A DNA stretch of 64,000 nt from the human T2T-CHM13v2.0 reference genome, Homo sapiens: NCBI RefSeq assembly GCF_009914755.1, contig NC_060927.1. One strand, 5' to 3'. The notes below the pieces were generated by a model. That model was not told the origin of the DNA, ran no database searches, and saw nothing but the letters and a program-made list of their open reading frames with translations. Each line of letters begins with the position of its first letter. The first letter of the stretch is position 1. Position numbers and translations under genes: made by a program. Shown here one piece after another: positions 14,476 to 31,206 of this stretch.

Positions 14476-15489
14476 TTATGTTATTATAAACAAATGGACA
14501 TCAAAAACCAAGTATAATATAATCATAGGTTAAATAGAGGCAGAGGATAGGTTGGATTCTATTGACTGATTTAGGAAAAAGAAAATAAATAGAAAACAAC
14601 AGCTATCACAACCAATTCTTCAAAGGGGTGTCCCTTGATTGACATGTTATTTGTGAAAGGATTTCTTCTATATTTAAGAAAGAGAAAATGAATAGTAGTT
14701 TACTCATAATAAGTGCTTGAAGTGTTTTAGTTAACTAAAGAGGACAAGAAGTACAGAAATTGATTTTTCTTGTAAAAGATATATCCTTGCTACAGTAAAG
14801 TTTATTTTGACCTTTCAGATAGTTTAGTCTTGAATATGTTCATTATATTTCTCAGAAAATTTTACCATGTATACCATAGGACTTTGGTTGTTTGGCAATT
14901 CTACACATTGTACAGCTCTCTCACCCATCATAAATATTGTGATGAATTTAATTTTTCAGGAACAAATGCAAAATTATAGTTTCATTTTCCCCACTCTCAG
15001 AGTTTAAATATGTTGAGTTTGAGGTTAACATAATGGCAGAAATTTGATATATGAATGTCTACAAATTTTAAGCTTGTATTCCTATGAAAAACGAATGATC
15101 ACTAGCAGCAAAAGTCTAGCAGCTGATAGTGCTCAACCAAAATGTATCAGAAGTTGAGTACTCCCACATAAGGGCTTTTTAGAGGAAGTGTTTTACTAAT
15201 TTAAATATGTTCAAAGCTGAGAGATGGCTGAGCTCTTATGCAATTCAGATTTTTATTCAGTGTGTTTCTGTGAGAAGTCTTTCCCAGACAATATGGAACA
15301 ATCAGAGTGGGAAGGAGTTTTGCTCCCTAGAATCATTTCCAAAAGGTAATTTCAGAAGGACATATGAAACCATTATTCTCACACAGAGTTCAAACTTACG
15401 AATCTCAGAACTTAGAAAATCAATGATAGGCTTTCTTTTATTTCTATGCACTTATTAAGTAAAAAAAAAATTTCTGATAATATATTAAT

Positions 15490-15620
15490 ATATCAATTTT
15501 ATTTAATAAGTATTTTCTAAATGCTCTATCTGTGCCAGGTACTGTTCCAGGATCTTGAGATACATTAGTGAGCCGAAGAGATAAAGATCCTGCCCTCTTG
15601 ATGCTTATGTACCACATAAA
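15490..15620 (-). mobile_element. L2 3' end fragment
   Basis: atttaataagtattttctaaatgctctatctgtgccaggtactgttccaggatcttgagataca. Confidence 0.65.
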
Positions 15621-15959
15621 CTAAGTTAATTAACAACTTGTGGTAATGTGACTATGAACTAGACTCAAGAGTATCATGAAAAATGTGTTGTTTATGCAAA
15701 ATAATTACATAAAGAAAATTCACAGAATGATTTCTATTTTTGTAATAATAAAATATTGTGAGCTATTTATGTTTTCATTTGCTATTAATAGTGGTGTATA
15801 ATAATTTAATTTCTTAATGTAGCTCTTGAATTTTGTTTCTACACTTAAACTTCAAGCTTATGGAACTATTAGCACTTCTTTTTATGTCATGTTCTCTCTG
15901 AGTGTTTCCTTTTGTCCTTTTCCTGATACTCAATTATTATACACATCTCTCTCACTTCT

Positions 15960-16205
15960 AATCTTGCCTCTTATTTACTTGGTTAATAGTTATCATTTTT
16001 CAATACTCATCTCAGTCACTAGTTCCTCCAGAAAACCTTCCCAGTCCTCAGTATACTTCATCACATGATAGCTACTCGTAATTCTACTAATAGTGTGAGA
16101 AACCATATTTAGCTTTGTATTATCAGTGTTAAACACAACACCTGGCACATGGTTATACTCAGTAGATATGTGTTGAAGATTGACTTTGATTGACTAATAG
16201 AATGA
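15960..16205 (+). mobile_element. L2 3' end fragment
   Basis: acacctggcacatggttatactcagtagatatgtgttgaa. Confidence 0.55.
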
Positions 16206-18475
16206 TTGACATCTGGTATTCTGCTCCCAGCACAATTTGAATTGTGCTCATCTTTTTAGCCTTATTTCTTCAGTATGTCCATATATAACAAATTGATCCA
16301 TTCCAACCAAACTCGTGTGCTTACAATTCATTGAACTTGGCTTTTGTATCTTTGTCCATGCCATTTCTAAAGTATATCCAACAGGATTCTACCCACGTGG
16401 CAAATGTCAAATTTAACATTCCGCTTATTCCATGAAATCATCTCTGATTCTGTGAATTTATGCAATACTTAGTATACATGGTATTACATGTAGACAATTA
16501 AAACAAATGCCAAATAAAATGAAAATAAAATTTCTTGGCTATTTACCTAGATCCTTATGGGAAGGCCATTAAGGCTGTGAAAAAAAGCCTTTATTTGCAA
16601 ACATTTTGGTAGTTAGTATTGTTTATCTAAAATTATAAACACTAACAAAATATTTTGAAAAGACTTTGCTAGTTTGGGGGCTTTAAGCAATAGTTATTAC
16701 AGAAACTAGCAAAGGAAAATGCAAGATAATGCTCATTTTTTTTTAATCTCACTCATAGTTTACTGTGAAAGGCTTAAATTATGCCTAAGATATAATTGGT
16801 GAAATACTATGTTTTAGAGTAAGTTGGCTATGGATTCATTTGTATAATATTAGTAAGACTGCCTCATAATATAAATTAACCATATAGAAACCCTCATTAT
16901 TCAACAGTTTTAGGAATGAGTCAGAGTTGACAATGGATTTTTAATCCAGTTGAGGGATTTTTAATCCCTAGTTGAGGCATGATATATATAAGTTTAATAA
17001 TTTTTCAGTATGGCTTTAAGTATTTAAATATTGTTTTATGACTAACACCAATGATTTGAATTGGACTAATTTTGGTACTTGAAAGCAAACAGTACCTGGT
17101 ATTAGCCCTATTTGAATATTGGGAATGATCAATTTGTCTCCAAACTGAATATTGTATACCATCACTGCTGTAGTAATACAGGTGACCATTCCATATATTT
17201 TTAAGGTAGGCAAGTGCCATAATGTATCTAGGGACCTCAGGGACAATAGTCAGTATCTCCTCTATCTCTTTTCTCTTTCTTTCCTTAGTGGCTTCAACAC
17301 CTCTTGACACTAAGCTACAGAAAACAGAAGTGTGTCAGCTGGCGGTTCCTGAGCTCAAACCTCATGGCTTTATGATTAAGTGATCTTCCCAAAGATTTTT
17401 TTTGAAAACACAAAACTCACACAAACAAAACAAGCGCAACAAATATTGAAACAAAATAAACCTTGGAAAATGGCTCTGATTGGATCAGTTTAAGGAAGTG
17501 TTCACCTATTTGACTAATGCTGTAGGCTTGGGGATAGTGTAATTATGATTAGGTCAGCATGGGATATGTAGGAACATCATGGCTGCATCATAGAAAAACA
17601 TAATAATTGGAAGCCACCACTGGAACCACATAATTGTATTATAACAGAAAAAGCCATTTATCAGAGGGAAGTGTTTATTTCCTCCAAAAACGAGTGGAAT
17701 ACTGGGAAGGACAAATAATTTATGTGCTATTTTAAGTGAAGCAGCTCTGGCCCTTTAATTCTGCATGACGAGTTTCCATAAGGCAGTGTTTGATTAAGGG
17801 GAGGAAAGTAGTGGATAGATAACCTAGGAGGAGGAGTTGGCAAGAGCTGGAGGTCAGGTACCAGCAAAATGGATCAGAATCAGTTCTGTATCAGCAGCAG
17901 GTTTGGAAAATTGAGTTGGAAATCTAGTTATATGTACTGACAAGTTAAAGGTATTCATATTGATCTTGTAGGTTACAAATTGTTGCTAGTGGAGTGTAGC
18001 TCATGATCTCCCAGTTTTATCCCTGACATGTCTGATATCTGGGAGACTGACATCTGGACCCCACCAACTTGTGGGTAGATGATGATAAACATTTTTCCTG
18101 ATTTGGATCAGCTTTGGTGAATTCCCTCAGTAATTCTATTTATGGGAGGCTGAGTAATGTATACATTCTTAACTTTCTGAGGTTTAAGTTAGCCACCTGA
18201 ATGTAAGAGAGATCAGATTAAACAATGAAGAAATCAGTGGCTATTAAAATAACAGTTATCCTTTGCTGCTTGCATGTGGCAAAGATTTGGGAGACAGAGT
18301 TGCCTTTAACATGAAGAAAGGAAAGAAAATGTCAATGGCTAGAGGAAGGATAAGGAATAAAGACTACAAGATAATAGTCATTCATATAAAGCATATTTTA
18401 AGGAAAAAACTTTTTTGTGATCAGAAGAGTGGAAATATCAGAAGAAAAGCATTACAATGATATTTAAAATTATTT

Positions 18476-18784
<309 letters not shown>

Positions 18785-19535
18785 TCACTTTGTTTCCCTG
18801 TCTTGACCCTGGAGTTTGATATTCATGGTTTCCAGATTATTGGGGAGGTGTCTCAGTGAAAAGTAGGAAAACTAGTCAGGTAACTTTGGGACCATGTGTT
18901 TGTAGAGTTGATTCAAAATTATTTTTAGTATTTTCTAACAAGCCAATGAAGAAGGATTTTCAAAATTGAAAAATATTAGCTGTTTTCCAGCTTTCACCTA
19001 AGGCTGATATATTCCTCCTGTATATACTTATAGAGTTAATGAAATACATATTTGCAAGACACCACATTAATAAGAAAGAGTGATTCGGAAAAGTGTCACC
19101 TGTATTTTGTTAATTTGCTGCAGGCTCACTCTCCCTATGGCTGGCACATATTTCTAATCTTTGTATTTGGCAGGATAGAAGTATTTGTGATGGGGAAACC
19201 AGCAGCAGTTCTTTCTCTTCATAAGGGAAGGGATATTGAAAATCTGAGTAATTACAGCCCTATTTCAATTTTACTCACAGAAGTTAAATTATTTAAATGT
19301 CTCTTCTGCAGTCAAAATGAATGTTTTTTAGTTTACAGATATTTTGTTACTATTAGAGCAATTTTCTTTCCATTATCTTAGCTTCGCAATTCTGTGTTAT
19401 TGAAAATGAGAAATAACTCGCACAAACTGAGTCTAAATTAGGGTGCCGGGGTGAAATTATATTTGTTGATTTCCCCAGTTTCTTTGAGTAGGGAGACTAT
19501 ATTATATTTACATAGCTAATTTACATTCTCTTATA

Positions 19536-22500
19536 CAGGTATACCTCAGAGATATTGTGGGGTTGGTACCATACCACCACAGTAAAGTGAGTCACATAAA
19601 TTTTTTTTGTTTCCTGGTGCATGTAAAAGTTGTGTTTACACTATACTGTAGTCTAGTAAGTGGGCAATAGCATTATGTCTAAAAATACCAATATACCATC
19701 CTTAATTTAAAATATTGCTAAAAAATGCTAACTATCATCTTAACCTTCAGCGAGTCATAATATTTTAGCTGGTAGAGGGTCTTGCCTCAATGTCTGTGGC
19801 TGCTGACTGATTGGCGTGGTGGTTGCTGATGGTTAGAATGGAGGTGGCAATTTCTTAAAATAAGATGACATTGAAGTTTGTGTTATCAACTGACTCCTCC
19901 TTTCCTGAAAGAATTATCTGTAGCATGTGATGCTATTTGATAGCATGTTACCCACAGTAGAACTTCTTTCAAAATTGGAGTCAGTCATCTGTAACCCTGC
20001 TGCTGCTTTATCAACTAAGTTTATGCAATATTCTAAATCTTTTCTTGTCATCTTATGAACGTTTATAGCATCTTCACCAGGAGTAAGATTCTATCTCCAG
20101 AAACCACCGTCTTTGCTCATTAAGAAGCTACTCCTTATCCATTGAAGTTTTGCCATGAGAATGCAACAATTCAGTCACATTTTCAGGCCCCACTTCTAAT
20201 TCCATTTTCTTATAATCTCTACCACATCTACAGTTACTTTCTCCGCTGAAGTCTCGGACCCCTCAAAATCACTCAGGAGGGTTGGAATCAATTTCTTCCA
20301 AACTCCTGTTAATGTGGATATTTTGACTTCCTCCCCTGAATCACACATGTTCTTAATGGCATCTAGAGTGGTGAATTCTTTCTAGAAGGTTTTCAATGGA
20401 CTTTGCCCACATCTATTAGAGGAATCACCATCTATGACAGGTATACACTTATAAAAATGTATTTCTTAAATAATAAAACTTGAAAGTCAAAATTACTTCT
20501 TGACCCGTGGGCTGCAGAATGGATGCTGTGTTAGTAGGCATAAAAGAATGTTAATTTCCTGGCACATCTTCATCAGAGCTCTTGGGTAACCAAATGCATT
20601 GTCATGAGCAGTAATATTTTGAAAGGAATCTTTTTTGCTGAGCACCAGGTCTCAAGAGTGGAGTTAAAATATTCAGTAAAGCATGTGTAAACAGACGTGT
20701 TGTCATCCAGGCTTTGTTGCTTTATTTCTAGAGCAAAGGAAGAGTAGATTTCTTATAATTCTTGAGGACTCTTAAGATTTTTCGAATGGCAAATGTGCAT
20801 TGACTTCAACCTAAAATCACCAGGTGTCATTCCCCAACAAGAAAGCCAGGCTGTCCTTTGAAGCTTTTAAGCCAGGCGTTGACTTCTTTACTCCAGCTCT
20901 GAAAGTCCTAAATGGCATCTTCTTTCAATAGAACGTTGTTTTGTTTTGCTTACATTGAAAATCTGCTGTGTAGTAGCCAATTTCAGCATTTAATCTTAGG
21001 TTTCCTGGGAAACTCGCTTCAACTTCTACATCGGCACTTGTGCTTCATCTTGTATTTTTAGATTATAGAGATGGTTTCTTTCCTTAAGCCTCATGAACCA
21101 ATCCCTGCCAATTTCCAACTTCAAATTTTTGTTCTGTAGCTTATTATTATTATTATTATTGTTATTATTTACCTCTCCTAGCCTTCATAGAATTGAAGGG
21201 ATTTAGGATCTTGCTCTGGATTAGGCTTTGGCTTAAGGGAATGTTGTGGCTGCTTTGATCTGCTATTCAGATACTAAAACTTTATTTACATCAGTATTAA
21301 GGCTATTTTGCTTTCTTATTTGTCTGTTTACTGGAGTAGCAGTTTTAATTTCCTTTAAGATCTTTTTCTTTGCTTTCACAACTTGGCTATTTGGTGTAAG
21401 AGGCATAGCTTTTGGTCTCTCTTGACTTTTGGCATGCCTTCCTTACTAAGCCTGATCATTTCTAGCTTTTGATTTAAAGTGAGACACTTGTGACTCTTCC
21501 TTTCACTTGAACCCTTAGATGCCATTGTAGTGCTATTAAATAATGGCCTACTTTCTCTTTTTTTGTTTTTTGTTTTTAAATAATAATTCTTTTTCATCTC
21601 ATCTTCTTACATAAAATTAGAATGCATTTAGAAATAACTTAAAACAAAATAATTATATACCCTTAAGGCTATGTAATGTTTAATACATTGTAAACCTGCA
21701 TTCCTATGAGAATCTTCTCCTTCCTTGAATTCTTTATATTATTTCTTCTTTCTCAGTCTTTTTTATTCCATCATTTTTATTTTAAATTCTGGGGTACGTG
21801 TGCAGGATGTGCAGGTTTGTTACATAGGTAAAAGTGTGCTATGTTGGTTTGCTGCAATAGATCAACCCATCACCTAGGTGTTAAGCCCAACATCCATTAG
21901 CTATTCTTCCTGATGTTCTCCCTCACCCTCTCCCCTTGATAGGCCCTAGTGTGTGTAGTTTCCCATCATGTGTCCACATATTCTCATCATTCAGCTCCCA
22001 CTTATAAGTGAGAATATGCAGTGTTTGGTGTTCTCTTCCTGCATTAGTTTGCTGAGGATAATGGCTTCCAGCTCCATCCTTGTCCCTGCAAAAGACATTA
22101 TTCCATTTATTTTTATGGCTGCATAGTATTCCATGGTGTATAGTGCCATATTTTCTTTATCCAGTCTATCATTGAGGGGCATTTGGTTTGATTCCATGTC
22201 TTTACTGTTGTGAATACTGCTGCAGTGAAATCCATGTGCATGTACCTTTATAATAGAATGATTTGTATTCCTTTGGGTATATACCCTGTAGTAGGGTGGC
22301 TGGGTCAGATGGTATTTCTGCTTCCAACTCTTTGAGGAATCACCACACTGTCTTCCACAATGGTTGAACTAATTTACATTCCCACCAATACTGTAAAATC
22401 ATTCCTTTTTTCTGCAACTTTGCCAGCATCTGTTTTTTCTTGACTTTTTAGTAATTGCCATTCTGACTGGTGTGAGATGGTATCTCATTGTCACTTTGAT

Positions 22501-23290
22501 TTGCATTTCTCTAATGATCAGTGACATTGAGCTTTTTTCATGTTTGTTGGCTGCATCAATGTCTTCTTTTGAGAAGTGTCTTTTCATACCCTTTGCCCAC
22601 TTTTTAATGTTTTTTTTTTTCTTGTAAATTTGTTTAAGTTGCTTGTAGACTCTGGATATTAGACCTTTGTCAGATGGTTAGATTGCAAAAATTCTCTCCC
22701 ATTCAGTAGGTTGTTTGTTCACTCTGATAGTTTCTTTTGCTGTGCAGAAGCTCTTTAGTTTAATTAGATATCATTGGTCAAGTTTGCTTTTGTTCCAATT
22801 GCTTCTGGCATTTTTGTCATGAAATCTTTGCCCATGCCTGTGTCCTAAATGGTATTGTAATGGTCTAACTTCAATATTGTTGTGTTTTAGGAAATATGGA
22901 GGCCCTAGAAGAAGAAAAGAAATAGGGAAAAGACCAGTCAGTGGATCAGTGAGAATGCACACAGCACTTATTAAGTTTGCTATCTTAGATGGGTGAGGTT
23001 TGTAGTGCCCCAAAACAATTACAATAGTATTAATAACATCAAAGATCACTGATCATATATCACGATAACAGATCTAATAACAAAAACATTTGAAATATTG
23101 CAAGAATTACCAAAATGTGACACAGAAACATGAGTGAGCACATGCTGTTGAAAAAATGACGTTAATAGGCTTGCTTGATGCAAAGTTGGTACAAACCTTC
23201 GAAACCTTTAATTTGTAAAAAAAAAAAAAAAAAAATGCAGTATCTGGAAGTATGTAATAAAATGAAGCACAATACAATGAGGTACATCTA
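19536..23290 (-). mobile_element. Full-length but decayed Tigger1 (TcMar) DNA transposon, interrupted by an L1
   Basis: TA|caggtatacctc ... gaggtacatcta|TA termini; ORF 21376-21597 reads MASKGSSERKSHKCLTLNQKLEMIRLSKEGM, matching the Tigger1 transposase N-terminus; ~2.4 kb after removing the insert. Confidence 0.95.
21556..22857 (-). mobile_element. 5'-truncated L1PA (older, ~PA8-13) with a 3' extension
   Basis: L1 3'UTR and ORF2 C-terminus 21759-22857; TSD taatggcctactttc (21541) / taatggtctaacttc (22858). Confidence 0.93.
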
Positions 23291-23497
23291 TATTCATTTT
23301 AACCTTAAGTAAGAAACATTATATTTGAAGTCAAAAATAAAACCTGTTGAGTGCATTATAGCTTCTGTATCAAAAGATTTAATGCTACCTCGTTTTATGT
23401 TAGGATTTAGCATTTGACAATTTTACTGATTTTGTCATGAGCTTATTTTCCTGGGGCTGCTGATATTGGAAAGAAACAACGAAGAAATGTTCCCCCC

Positions 23498-23560
23498 AGT
23501 TTATCTATATAACATACCTGCACATGTACCCCTCAACCTAAAGTAAAAATTAAAAAAGAT
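23498..23560 (+). mobile_element. Very short L1 3' terminal fragment
   Basis: tttatctatataacatacctgcacatgtacccctcaacctaaagtaaaaattaaaaaa, homologous to 35433-35490. Confidence 0.8.
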
Positions 23561-24269
23561 TAAAACTGTTCCAATTTTTAATCCCATTATATTTGGTGAA
23601 CTCAATTATTAAATGATAATAATATTCAAATTTTTCAAATTGTTTTTTAATATTTTGGAAAATGAGATTTTAATAACTTTAACTTATGTAGAAGGTATTA
23701 GGATAAAATTTTTCTAGGCTGTGGTTAGGTCCACAGGTTTTCAGTTCTCATTCATTGGTCATAATAAGGTATCCCGTCTGTCTGCGTGATTCAGAGAAGG
23801 CAGCCATCTTACAACACTTACTATCTTTACAGTACATTAGAATAACATGACAAGGCAACCAGAAATTTTAGTTTATGTGCCCATTGTATAATTTAACTAT
23901 TTTGTAAATTTAAGCTCAAAAAATAAGCTATACAAAGTGATTTTAAATTTTTCAGTACTTGGCATTTTATATTATTAATACTATTTGATAAGTTATTTAC
24001 ACATCTATATAGTGACTAACAAATTAATTACAGTATTATAATCATATAATATTATAATTATACAATTATCAACATTTTGTGCTATACTTTTCCAAGCTGA
24101 GTCTCAGGGAATTTAAATATTACATTCCTTAGTGATTAAAAAGTAAGTTGTCTCATTAGCTCTTTGAGATTAGGAATGCTTTTTTTCCCCTCCAACCTAC
24201 TAAGGAAAAGCAGACAGGAAAATACCTAAAATTGTCCATTTCAAAACAAGGTGTCAGGCGTAGCAAAGT

Positions 24270-24410
24270 AAGGATATCCAAAAATTCATGCCTCCATAAA
24301 AGCAATGAAGACACTAGCAAAATTGGTCAAAATTGATTTTTTGAAACTTTGGAAAATAACAATAGGTTTTACTGTATGTGAATTATATATCAATAAACAT
24401 TGTAAAAAAG
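24270..24410 (+). mobile_element. L1M fragments
   Basis: ctccataaaagcaatgaagacactagcaaaattggtcaaaatt and ttttactgtatgtgaattatatatcaataaa. Confidence 0.5.
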
Positions 24411-24739
24411 TGGCTATTTAATCCAGGTTCACCAAATAGCTTCGTTATTTCTGTCTCTGTGGATAGACAATGTCATTCTTTTCTATTTACAGATGCTATT
24501 GTGAGTGACATAAATTTTGAAGGAAAATGAAAAAAGCAGAAATAGTCTACAAAGCAGATAGCCAGATAGATAGTATGGAGCTGTGTTCATGGGCATGAGG
24601 TCTGCATTCACAGTACTTGGAAAATTTTGGTATTTAAAAAGAATCAAAAGAGATCTTGTCAAGCCACACCATGAAAGCTCAGCCTCAGTCAAGGCCAGAC
24701 CTTGTTGGAACACAGGCACTGGTTGTTTAAAAGTCTCGG

Positions 24740-24960
24740 AGTGAGGCAGCAGAGCTTTATGAAGGGAATCTGGACTCCAGAGATACTTGGGTCTGACTTC
24801 ACCTCACATCTCAGTCACTTACAAGCTCTATGACTTAATTATCTACTCTAAGCCCCTCTCCTCATTTGTAAAACTGAAACACCAACAGACATCTCAAAGT
24901 TCCTCTGTGTATACCAAATGGGATAACTAAGAGTGAAATACATAATACAAGTCCAGAAAC
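24740..24960 (+). mobile_element. MIR
   Basis: ctggactccagagatacttgggt...cctcatttgtaaaactg. Confidence 0.6.
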
Positions 24961-26179
24961 CTAATATTCATTTCCCACTCTCAAACAGTTAAGCTAAAAA
25001 TAAAGAAAACTAGAGACACTCACCAAGTTTTTTATTCTCATTCTATGGAATTGCAATATTACCCAGAGTCCAATTTGTAGAATGGGACTGAATTGTAACT
25101 GTTCCACTCAGATGTGCAGGAAATTTAGACTTATTTGGTTTAAATTGATTTGATGCTGTATGCACCTTCCATCTCAGTTAGTATTCGGGTCTCCTTTCTT
25201 TCTCAACTTTGGAATTGATTATGGGGAGCTCATACGGTCTATATGATCTACTCTATGCACTGTAACATCAACTGCAGCTCAGTCCACGGTCACAGAGTCC
25301 TTTACAGTTCAACAGCTTTTGCTTTTCTGCTGTTCATATGCACAGAGCAGATAAATCAGACTTTTAGGCTCCAAACTCCCTTGCCCCACTATGGACTCAG
25401 TTCTCGCGGAGGTTTGCTCACATTCTGAGGGGGATGACCTAGAGAGTTCTTCACTATGATGAGAATTTCCCTCTTTTATTTCCATTCTAGGAAGGCTTGT
25501 TTCCACATTGCTATCCTTAGAGACAATTTTCACTTTTTCCTCCCTTCCTCAAAACCCGGCATCCTGTTTTTAATGAGAATAGGCTTTAACTAAATACATA
25601 AATTAATTCTGCCATGAGACAGCCTCTGCTTTTTCAGTCCTTCAAAAACTTCCTGAAGCCAGGAAATATAATATATGACTACTTGTTGGAATTTGTGGGT
25701 GGGTGAAATGCAGTGGGAACACAGATATACATATACAATTACTATATCAATAAATCACTTTCTAAAATTTGTGATGAAATATGCTACCGTAGATAAATTC
25801 TTCTGACTGAGCATTTCATTGAAAATTCTGGAACAATACTCTGAGAAAGCTGAGCCAAGCAGACTCACTTTCTGGTGGTAATCACTTCTGTATTCCCAAT
25901 TTAGTTTCCCATTTATCTATAGAGACCTGACTGTTGGAATTTCATCAGAACTTCAAAATATTTTGGGGTGGCCATTAAATAGTTGATATAACCCAATGCT
26001 TTGTGCATGGTAGATGCTGAATATATTAAATTGTTTTTGATTGATGATTAGAAGGTAAGATGGAAACTCAATTTCTTAAACCACTTATTTTTCATATAGA
26101 GTACAGGGTAAAAAAGCAAGTCCACCTGACCAATGTATTAAAACTCAACTGATCAGTTGACATTCTGTATAATGTAGTC

Positions 26180-26390
26180 AAAAGGGATAACTAAACTAAT
26201 AGTCAAGACCCTTGGTTCTAGTTATGCTTCTGTCACCAGATATATAAAATTGACAAAATTATTAGACTGTCATGTTTCCATTTTCTAGAAACTAAAGCAG
26301 TGATAATCCCATTTTTTTTCCTTGCTTACCTTATGTAATTGCTGTGAAAACCAAATGAGGCAATGTGAATATTCAGGCTTGAGTACGAAG
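26180..26390 (+). mobile_element. MIR
   Basis: agtcaagacccttggttctagt...tgctgtgaaaaccaaatgaggcaatgtg. Confidence 0.55.
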
Positions 26391-26780
26391 TAACAATATG
26401 ATGTAACATTTGTTACAGATATAACAAAAAAATTATAAACAATTTTTAACAGGAAGAATAAAGTTTTCTATAGACTAATTTAAAAAGTATCTGTTTCTAA
26501 GAATATTCTTTTTTCCAAGGTTCTATATTGATGAATTTTACTCATTTCTGGATTAAGGCACTAATGTCAGTCTGAAATCTGAACTGATGATAATGTGATA
26601 GAATGGTTGGATTGTATACTATGACATTGTCTGGACTGGGAAATCGTCCCAGATTACCACAAATGATGCCACGATGGAAAATTATAGATCATATCTGCAA
26701 TTTTATCTTTATCATCTGAGATAACATTGAGATAAATCACATCTGAGATAGATATGATCTGTCATTAATATCTTAGTGTA

Positions 26781-27140
26781 TGTATGATGGCTAATTTATG
26801 TGTTGACCTGTGTTTGTGGATGAGATTAACATTTAAATTGGAGAATTTTGAGTATGCAGGTTATCCTCCAAAATATAAATGGGCCTCATTCAATGAATTG
26901 AAAGCCTGAATAGAATAAAAGGACTGTTTTTTCCAGGCAAGTGGTGACTATCCAGCAGACTGCCTTTGGACTTCATCTGCACCATTGGCTCTCCTGGGTC
27001 TCCAATCTGCTAGGCCACACTGTAGATGTGAATTAGCTAGCTTCCAGAATTGCGTGAGCCAATTCCTAATAATAAATCTCCTATATACATATACACACAT
27101 CCTATTAGTTCTGTTTCTTTGGAGAAGCCTGATTAATACA
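26781..27140 (+). mobile_element. MLT2 (ERVL) solo LTR
   Basis: tgtatgatggctaatttatgtg...gcctgaatagaataaaagg...cctattagttctgtttctttggagaagcctgattaataca. Confidence 0.88.
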
Positions 27141-28959
27141 TCATATATCAGCTTTTGGAGGTGCAGTGAAGGAAGAAATACTGTTCATCAATATAATGGA
27201 AGTAAATATCCTACTTTACTCATTTTTAATGTTGATGTTTCTTTGGCAGAGGACTTCAGAAGGATTTCAAGATGTACCAAATAGAAGTGAGAAAGACACG
27301 TATTATGTATAATATAGACACAAAAATACAACTTATATGGATTGAACAGACACAAGAAAATTCAAGCGGATATAAATGCAAAAGTGCATGACTTGGCTAT
27401 TTTCTATTTACAGTGTCAATATTGATATTACAAGGTGCCATCTGAATTAACTAGATATTTTAGTGTGAAAGAGTTTTAGGGATTATTGTGTCAAATTCTA
27501 AATAATTCACTAGCACACACAGAGATTTTAAACCACCCAGTTACAATTTGGATGTCCTTTGGAGAGCTGAAGGGATAAGGTAGCTTTTGTTTGTCCAGTA
27601 TGGCATCATTATCATCCTACCAAAGCAGGAAAAGAGAACAGATGACCTCTAAAGCCTCTCACGTCAGGATACTTTTATTGCAATCAGGCAAGCTTTGCTC
27701 TTGGAGCCTACAAGATATTAAAATTTCGGATATTAAATAATAAGATCACATACAACAGCTTTTCAATGCCATTAGCTTCCAATAAATCAAATTTGCAGGA
27801 ATTAAAGCATCAAGTTATTATGTTTCACTGAGAAGAATTATTAAAATTCATGAGTATGCTAAAGGACACCATAACGAAAGCAGAGCAGATTACAATTCTG
27901 CCAATAAAGGGCCGAAAACTTCCAATACGTCTCTACCATGAAATTATCAGAAATCAACAGGAGAATAAATATCTGCATTGACAAAAATGTATAGGATTAA
28001 CTTGAATGATGATGACAGAAGATAGTAAAGCTACATAGGTAATTTAAAAATAGCTGATATCCTTTATAGCTGGTAGGAAAAAGAAAATGCCAGGAAAGAG
28101 GTTAAAGAGAATATGAAGGGCGTTTTAAAATAGTTTAAGAGGAACAAGATACGAGAAAGATGAAATAGATCTTTTTAGATGAAATTAGATATGGTAGCCA
28201 TAGAAATTGATAAAGAATAATTAGAAATGGAAGCAGTTGTAATTTATAGTAGAGAGAATATTGAACTTTTATAAACTATCATCAAGTCTTATGAATTATA
28301 AAACTGAGAAGTAATATAAATTCAGAAAAAGTAAATCTAAAGGAAAAAAGAACTTAAAAAGATGGTATAAAATATTATTTCAATGCTCCCTGCCTCAATA
28401 AAAGACCTCTTTGGAAATCACTTTCTTTTTTAAAGCTAACAACAGATTAGCAAAGACATTTAAATAGAAATATTCATTATATTTAGGGCTACCTTAGAAA
28501 TCTTTATATCACAAGCTTTTATTCACTATTACTATGATGGAAGTATAACAAACTGTATTGTGTCCAGAATACATTAGTCAATTGAGCTGCCAAAATAAAT
28601 TTATTTCTGAAGTTTAGCTCTTGTACCCATACACCCTTCCCAGGAAGGGTTGCTCAAGCTTGAATGTATAGTGAAATATGTTTAACTTATGAGGTTCTTT
28701 TCCTTTATAATATAGAAATAGTAATATTGAACAACTACCTTTAACGTTTTCCTCTTAGAGTTCCATTGCTGAATCTTTTATTAAAATGGCTCATTTCTTC
28801 TTAATACTGTGCAGCTTGCTCTTCACCTATCCTTTGCTGTTACCCATTGGGGGAAAGGACCAGTAGGTAGAAGTTTAGAAGAACCAGGTTGGTGGCTGAC
28901 TATCACACAGCAAGTGGCTGCAGTGCTAGGATGTACCATCAAGACGTCCAGTGACTTCT

Positions 28960-31206
<2,247 letters not shown>

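Noticed and set aside
16935-16978. ~20-bp tandem duplication (others at 50470-50521 and 63631-63670)
   Set aside because: Ordinary slippage duplications.
26683-26762. Inverted repeat agatcatatct...agatatgatct
   Set aside because: The arms are only 11 bp in AT-rich DNA; this could be chance or a decayed MITE and cannot be assigned.
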